A DNA stretch of 64,000 nt. Source: Sphaerodactylus townsendi. Taxonomy: Eukaryota. The position numbers were made by a program, and so were the translations under genes. The notes under the pieces are model-generated. The model did not search any database, had not been told where the DNA came from, and worked only from the letters and a program-made list of their open reading frames with translations. How positions within the stretch are numbered: position 1 is the first letter of the stretch; each line of letters starts with the position of its first letter. The stretch covers positions 1,612,001-1,676,000 of the forward strand of contig NC_059436.1 of assembly GCF_021028975.2 (NCBI RefSeq), in the 5' to 3' direction. This document shows positions 59,301 to 64,000 of the stretch, piece by piece.

Positions 59301-61759
59301 TCTTGGAATTACAAGTGATCTCCCTACCACAGAGGTCTAGTTACATGGAAGAATTGGCTGCTTTGGAGGGTGGACTTGGCATTATACCCTGCCCCTCTAC
59401 AGAAATTTCCCAGTCTAGAACTGGCAAGGTTGTTGGCTGTGCACTGGGTCAGAGTGCATGTTATGTGCAATTACATGTTTCTGCAGAAAAGGCTTGTTGG
59501 GGGCTGTCACTGTAAGAGTGAACAATAATCAAGGAGGGACCAATTAACATTCCCTTCCTCTCCCAACAAAAAGCCACCTGGAGAGGATGACAAATGTATA
59601 GTGTGGAGGGAAAGGATGAAGGAGCCCTTCCCTCCATCTTCTGCTCTTAGTTCAAATCTGCAAGGCTGCTTTTCTCAGATAGATCAAAAACTAAAACAAC
59701 AACAAAACAAAACAAAAACATTATGGTTGTGGGGAAGGAAACATTCCATTGTAGTTCAACCCTAATGGGTCTTGAGTAAGTGAGGAAGTTGAAATTGTGG
59801 GGCATGTTCTACTGCAGTGTCCTTTTATGGCAATCAGATGTGCTTTTATTACTGTTATCTTCCACTATCGTGGTAAATCAGAGGAATTGTATACTTTGTC
59901 TTCTCTCAGACCGTGATGAGCTTTGGATTACAGATACAGTGATCAGATTTTGTGTTGCTGCTATAATACTATAGCTCTGAATCAATTTAATGAATTATAG
60001 TTTCAATTTTTATTCCATATTAAAATTTTAATATAAACTACACGATGGCTGTTTATATACATGTTTTTGGTATTGTATGCATGTTTATGCTGGTCTATGA
60101 CCATAACAATTCAATCTTATGTCGTCAGGGAGGGTCATCAAGTTGGGTTAAGGACGGATGTCCCCCCAGCTGAAAAATGTGAGAAGCAGACATTGAGATG
60201 CAAGTACATTCACACATGCAGTTGCTAGTATTGTCACTTGACTGCCCTATAACCCAGGAACTCATTTGAAAAGCATTATGTTTGATATGATATGAAAACT
60301 GGGGCATTAAGCTGGGAAAATCTTTTAGAAACAGTGAGAGTTATGATTATTGCGGAGTTCCAATAGCAACAAACGTTCTTAAAATACACTGCATTTTACC
60401 TCTTGATTTTGAACCTTGCTAAGAATTGTGCAGAATCAGAAATGGTGTCCCCGGTCACACATGCAAGCGATGTTTCAGTGTTGCAGTCATCAAGAAATGA
60501 ACATGCGTGTGGGAAATGTTGCATAAGCGTATAAGAACTGAAAAACTGCAAAGGATGTCAAAATGTGAGAGGAGTCATTAATAACAAGACCACATAACAG
60601 CATCTGTAGTATAAATGGCAGGAATTGTCTGCAAACAGTATTTTCAGTGAACGCTTAACTCTGCAGACATTCTGATGTAATATGGAATCTCCCTGCCACC
60701 ACAAATTACACCGATGAGTCTAGGTTTGCTTTCCTTCCGTTTTTCATAACGTATGCTAGGTTCTTGTTGCATGAGCTTTCTGTACGGCACTGTTTTCTTA
60801 GGGGAGGGGAGTGAGATATAAGCAGCATTGGTTTCTGGCTATTTAATGAAAGGTGGATACACAAGAAAGACATTCAGTGAAAAGTTAACTACCCTAAACA
60901 GGATCCATGTCCCTAATGTCAAGGAAGGTTAGTGTCATGAAACACTGAAGAATTTCTTACAATAAGAATCTAAAAGTTCCTCTTAAAGGAATGGAAAATC
61001 CCTAGCGAAGGTAACCCAGCAGGGCTGGTGATAAAATCTTCAGAATACAACTCCATGCGTCCTTAGAGAGACTGGTGGGTCCTAGCAGAATTTACTAGTT
61101 GTGAAACTAGAGATTCCTGAATCCACTTCAGTCTTCATTCTCTCACTTCTCGTCCTACATTTTCTGTGAGCCCGTCCACCTTAGTACACCAGGTTGTGGG
61201 TCGTGGCACTTCTGAACAGACAGAGAGAAAGAGCGAAGGAATCTCTCACTCGAGAACAATTCTCAGCAGGCTGGTATCAGCGGGGAGCGCAGCAGCAACA
61301 GCGGCGGAACGACTGGAGCTGAATTGTAGAGAAGAGCATCCAGCCGGCACAGTGGCAGAAGCCCAGGTCTCCCATTCATCTCCGGACAAGTCCTGGAAAA
61401 TGCAAAAGAAACTAGAATTTTGCAGCAAGCGATAGACGAGCTGTTCATCTGCTGAAAAGAGGTGAGAGAGGCTTGCACCTGAATCCACCCTGCAAAAATA
61501 AAAGTGCTGCTGAAGGTGAGAACTGGCTGGCTGTGAGTGGCACTCTGGAAAAAAAAGGGGTGGGTGGGAGGAAATGTCAGGCTGCCGGTAGGAATCTTGG
61601 AAAGGAACAAAAGGTTGGAATGCAGCTTTTTGTAGCTGGAAATCTTGCTGGGATTCTGGGGCTTTAGGAGTCAGAGGTGGTTGCTTTTGAGATGCAAGCA
61701 AAGAAATAGAGGAGGCAAGATATGATGGGCTGGTAGACATCTAACACCAAGGGAGCATC

Positions 61760-63148
61760 ATGGATTCTTCGGGACCTCTAGTAGCCATGAATGGACTTTA
61801 CCAGCATGGACGAGGAGGTGGTGCATCGGCGATGACTAATGATAGCCTCACAAAGGAAGGCAAGGTGAAAGAGGGCACGCCAGAGCTTTCCTTACGAGTG
61901 GTGATGGCCCCTTTGCTGTTCCTCCTCATCCTCTCTACCCTGCTGGGCAATACTCTTGTGTGCCTGTCTGTGGTCAAATTCAGGCATTTGCGCTCCAAGG
62001 TCACCAACTTCTTCGTCATCTCACTGGCTGTTTCTGATCTCTTTGTGGCTGTGCTGGTGATGCCCTGGAAGGCAGTCACTGAGGTGGCCGGCTTCTGGCC
62101 TTTTGGTGGCTTCTGCGATGTCTGGGTAGCCTTTGACATCATGTGCTCCACAGCATCGATCCTCAACCTGTGCATCATCAGCGTGGATCGCTACTGGGCT
62201 ATCTCCAGCCCCTTTCGCTATGAGCGGAAAATGACCCAGCGGGTGGCATTTGTAATGATTGGGGTGGCCTGGATGCTCTCTGTTTTGATCTCCTTCATAC
62301 CCGTCCAGCTGAGGTGGCACAAAGCTGGCGAGCTTCTCCCTGCCCGCGAAATGGGCCCCAATGTCACATGGAGCCCTGAAGAAAACTGTGACTCCAGCCT
62401 CAACAGAGCTTATGCTATTTCTTCCTCCCTGATTAGCTTCTACATTCCTGTTGCTATCATGATAGTGACATACACCAGGATCTTCCGCATTGCCCAGAAG
62501 CAGATACGGAGGATTTCTTCTTTGGAGAGGGCTGTGGAGCATGCCCAGAGCTGCCAGAGTCCCCGTGGCTGTCCTCATGACATCTCTTTGAAGAATTCCT
62601 TTAAAAAAGAAACCAAGGTCCTCAAGACCCTCTCGGTCATAATGGGCGTTTTCGTCTTCTGCTGGCTTCCTTTTTTTGTCCTCAACTGTGTGGCACCGTT
62701 CTGTGACCCCAGCCTTCACACACTGGGGAAATTCCCTTGTGTTAGCAAGACGATCTTCAACATCTTTGTGTGGTTTGGCTGGGCAAATTCTTCCCTCAAC
62801 CCCATCATCTATGCTTTCAACGCTGACTTCCGGAAGGCCTTTGCTACTCTCCTCGGCTGTGGCCGATTCTGCCCCAGCAATGCGGTGGAGGCAGTGAATT
62901 TCAGCAACGAGCTGGTCTCGTACCACCATGACACCACCTGTCAGAAAGACTTGGTCACTCTGAGTTACCCACACCTTCTCCCCCATGCAACCTCCCTCCA
63001 AGGGGAGGACAATGATGCTGCTTGTGAAAAGGCCTCCCAAACCTCTCCCAAAAATGCCGCTGTCTTGTCTGCTGTAGTGCACATGGAGTGCGAGACTGAC
63101 TTATCATTGGAGAAGATCACACCTGTCACCTCTCATGTGTTGGATTGA
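61760..63148 (+). CDS. DRD1C: D1-class dopamine receptor, D1C-like, intronless ORF, 462 aa
   Basis: 7TM GPCR with [15 protein letters not shown] (Asp3.32), [12 protein letters not shown] (TM5 serines), CWLPFF and [13 protein letters not shown] and [18 protein letters not shown] match amphibian D1C as I recall it. Subtype needs a phylogeny to confirm. Confidence 0.9.
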   Translation: MDSSGPLVAMNGLYQHGRGGGASAMTNDSLTKEGKVKEGTPELSLRVVMAPLLFLLILSTLLGNTLVCLSVVKFRHLRSKVTNFFVISLAVSDLFVAVLVMPWKAVTEVAGFWPFGGFCDVWVAFDIMCSTASILNLCIISVDRYWAISSPFRYERKMTQRVAFVMIGVAWMLSVLISFIPVQLRWHKAGELLPAREMGPNVTWSPEENCDSSLNRAYAISSSLISFYIPVAIMIVTYTRIFRIAQKQIRRISSLERAVEHAQSCQSPRGCPHDISLKNSFKKETKVLKTLSVIMGVFVFCWLPFFVLNCVAPFCDPSLHTLGKFPCVSKTIFNIFVWFGWANSSLNPIIYAFNADFRKAFATLLGCGRFCPSNAVEAVNFSNELVSYHHDTTCQKDLVTLSYPHLLPHATSLQGEDNDAACEKASQTSPKNAAVLSAVVHMECETDLSLEKITPVTSHVLD

Positions 63149-63572
63149 AAAGGATAGAATGGCAATAGGGAGGAGACAAGGGCACTGTCTGGGGCCATCC
63201 ATATTTGATCAGTTTTGTGGAATGCATGTAAAGAAGAAGGGTGGGAGGAGAGAAAATCAGTATTTCCTTATTACCAGCCACTCAGTGGGAAAACCAATTA
63301 TCTTGTTAATCGATATGCAGATGATCATCTATGTCTTTTGGATATACTTCAGAAGGAGAATAGGGAGTGGAGACCTCTGGTGCATCTGCCACTAGTTAGT
63401 GAATGCCAGTCATTTGCATGCCCATGTGAAAGCAAATGGATATCAATTTTAGAAAGCTGTTAAGGTCAACAGGGCCACAGGCTACAGTCATCAGGAGGCG
63501 GTAATGGAAGCTACAGAGGTCATGTCCTCTCTGAGGTACAGGCTTCTTCCATGAATTTTCAACTCGCTTTTT

Positions 63573-63578
63573 AATAAA
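63573..63578 (+). terminator. Candidate dopamine receptor polyadenylation signal
   Basis: First AATAAA I found after the stop codon, about 425 nt downstream. Confidence 0.45.
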
Positions 63579-63606
63579 TGAAGGTACGTATAAATTGTAC
63601 AAGATG

Positions 63607-63919
63607 CAGAGGCATACCGGGGCCAAATGGCGCCTGGAGACAAAACCCTCTCCGGGCGTCCCCCGCTTGCGGAGCGCAGAAAGTACTGAAACTCAGTTTG
63701 AAGTCCTTTTCCCTTTAAGCAATCTTTGGAGAATTGCTCCTTCAAGATATATGTGAAGGCTTCACAAGAGACCAGCCTTCTCCATTGATGGAGGGGGAGG
63801 GTGGCGGCAGCAGCTGGTGGGGGGGGGCAGGAGCCTGCTTGGCACCCCCCCCACATGACCCATAGGCATGCGCCCAGAGACATGGGTGTCCCCATGTCTC
63901 CATAGGTGGTACGCCTCTG
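63607..63919 (+). mobile_element. hAT MITE
   Basis: TIRs CAGAGGCATACC / GGTACGCCTCTG; 8-bp TSD ACAAGATG at 63599-63606 and 63920-63927. Confidence 0.9.
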
Positions 63920-64000
63920 ACAAGATGTAAGGGAGTTGTAGATGATGCTGTACCAAATGCTCATGAGGAGGCATGGCTCAGAGACAGCAAGAGAAAGAGA

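Noticed and set aside
62021-63082. 353-aa minus-strand ORF
   Set aside because: Antisense shadow of the GPCR coding sequence; no independent features.

Overview
Vertebrate genomic DNA. The repeat content points to a squamate reptile, probably a gecko. Three protein-coding genes can be rebuilt from the sequence. (1) A 10-exon TRAIL-receptor/death-receptor gene (TNFRSF10B/DR5-like) on the minus strand, ATG 22453 to TGA 1830, 398 aa: signal peptide, cysteine-rich domains, TM helix and death domain. (2) CHMP7 on the plus strand, 10 coding exons 36875-49947, 452 aa, head-to-head with the death receptor as at human 8p21. (3) An intronless D1-class dopamine receptor, most like D1C, at 61760-63148, 462 aa; human has no dopamine receptor at this position. 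All splice junctions are GT-AG and phase-consistent. Introns and intergenic DNA carry MIR/CORE-type tRNA SINEs, 5S-derived SINEs, CR1 and RTE fragments, Penelope-type inverted termini with degenerate hammerhead motifs, hAT MITEs with 8-bp TSDs, a 48-bp minisatellite and one assembly gap. The most interesting non-coding signals are: a stress-response module in death-receptor intron 1 (zero-spacer p53 element, NF-kB cluster, ATF4/CEBP CARE sites); an 8-bp tandem repeat inside the TM exon; a 512-codon antisense ORF behind CCAAT/TATA-like motifs; and a CTCF-like cluster between CHMP7 and the dopamine receptor. No CRISPR, rRNA or tRNA genes were seen, and I cannot claim a wholly new biological system; the findings are testable hypotheses.
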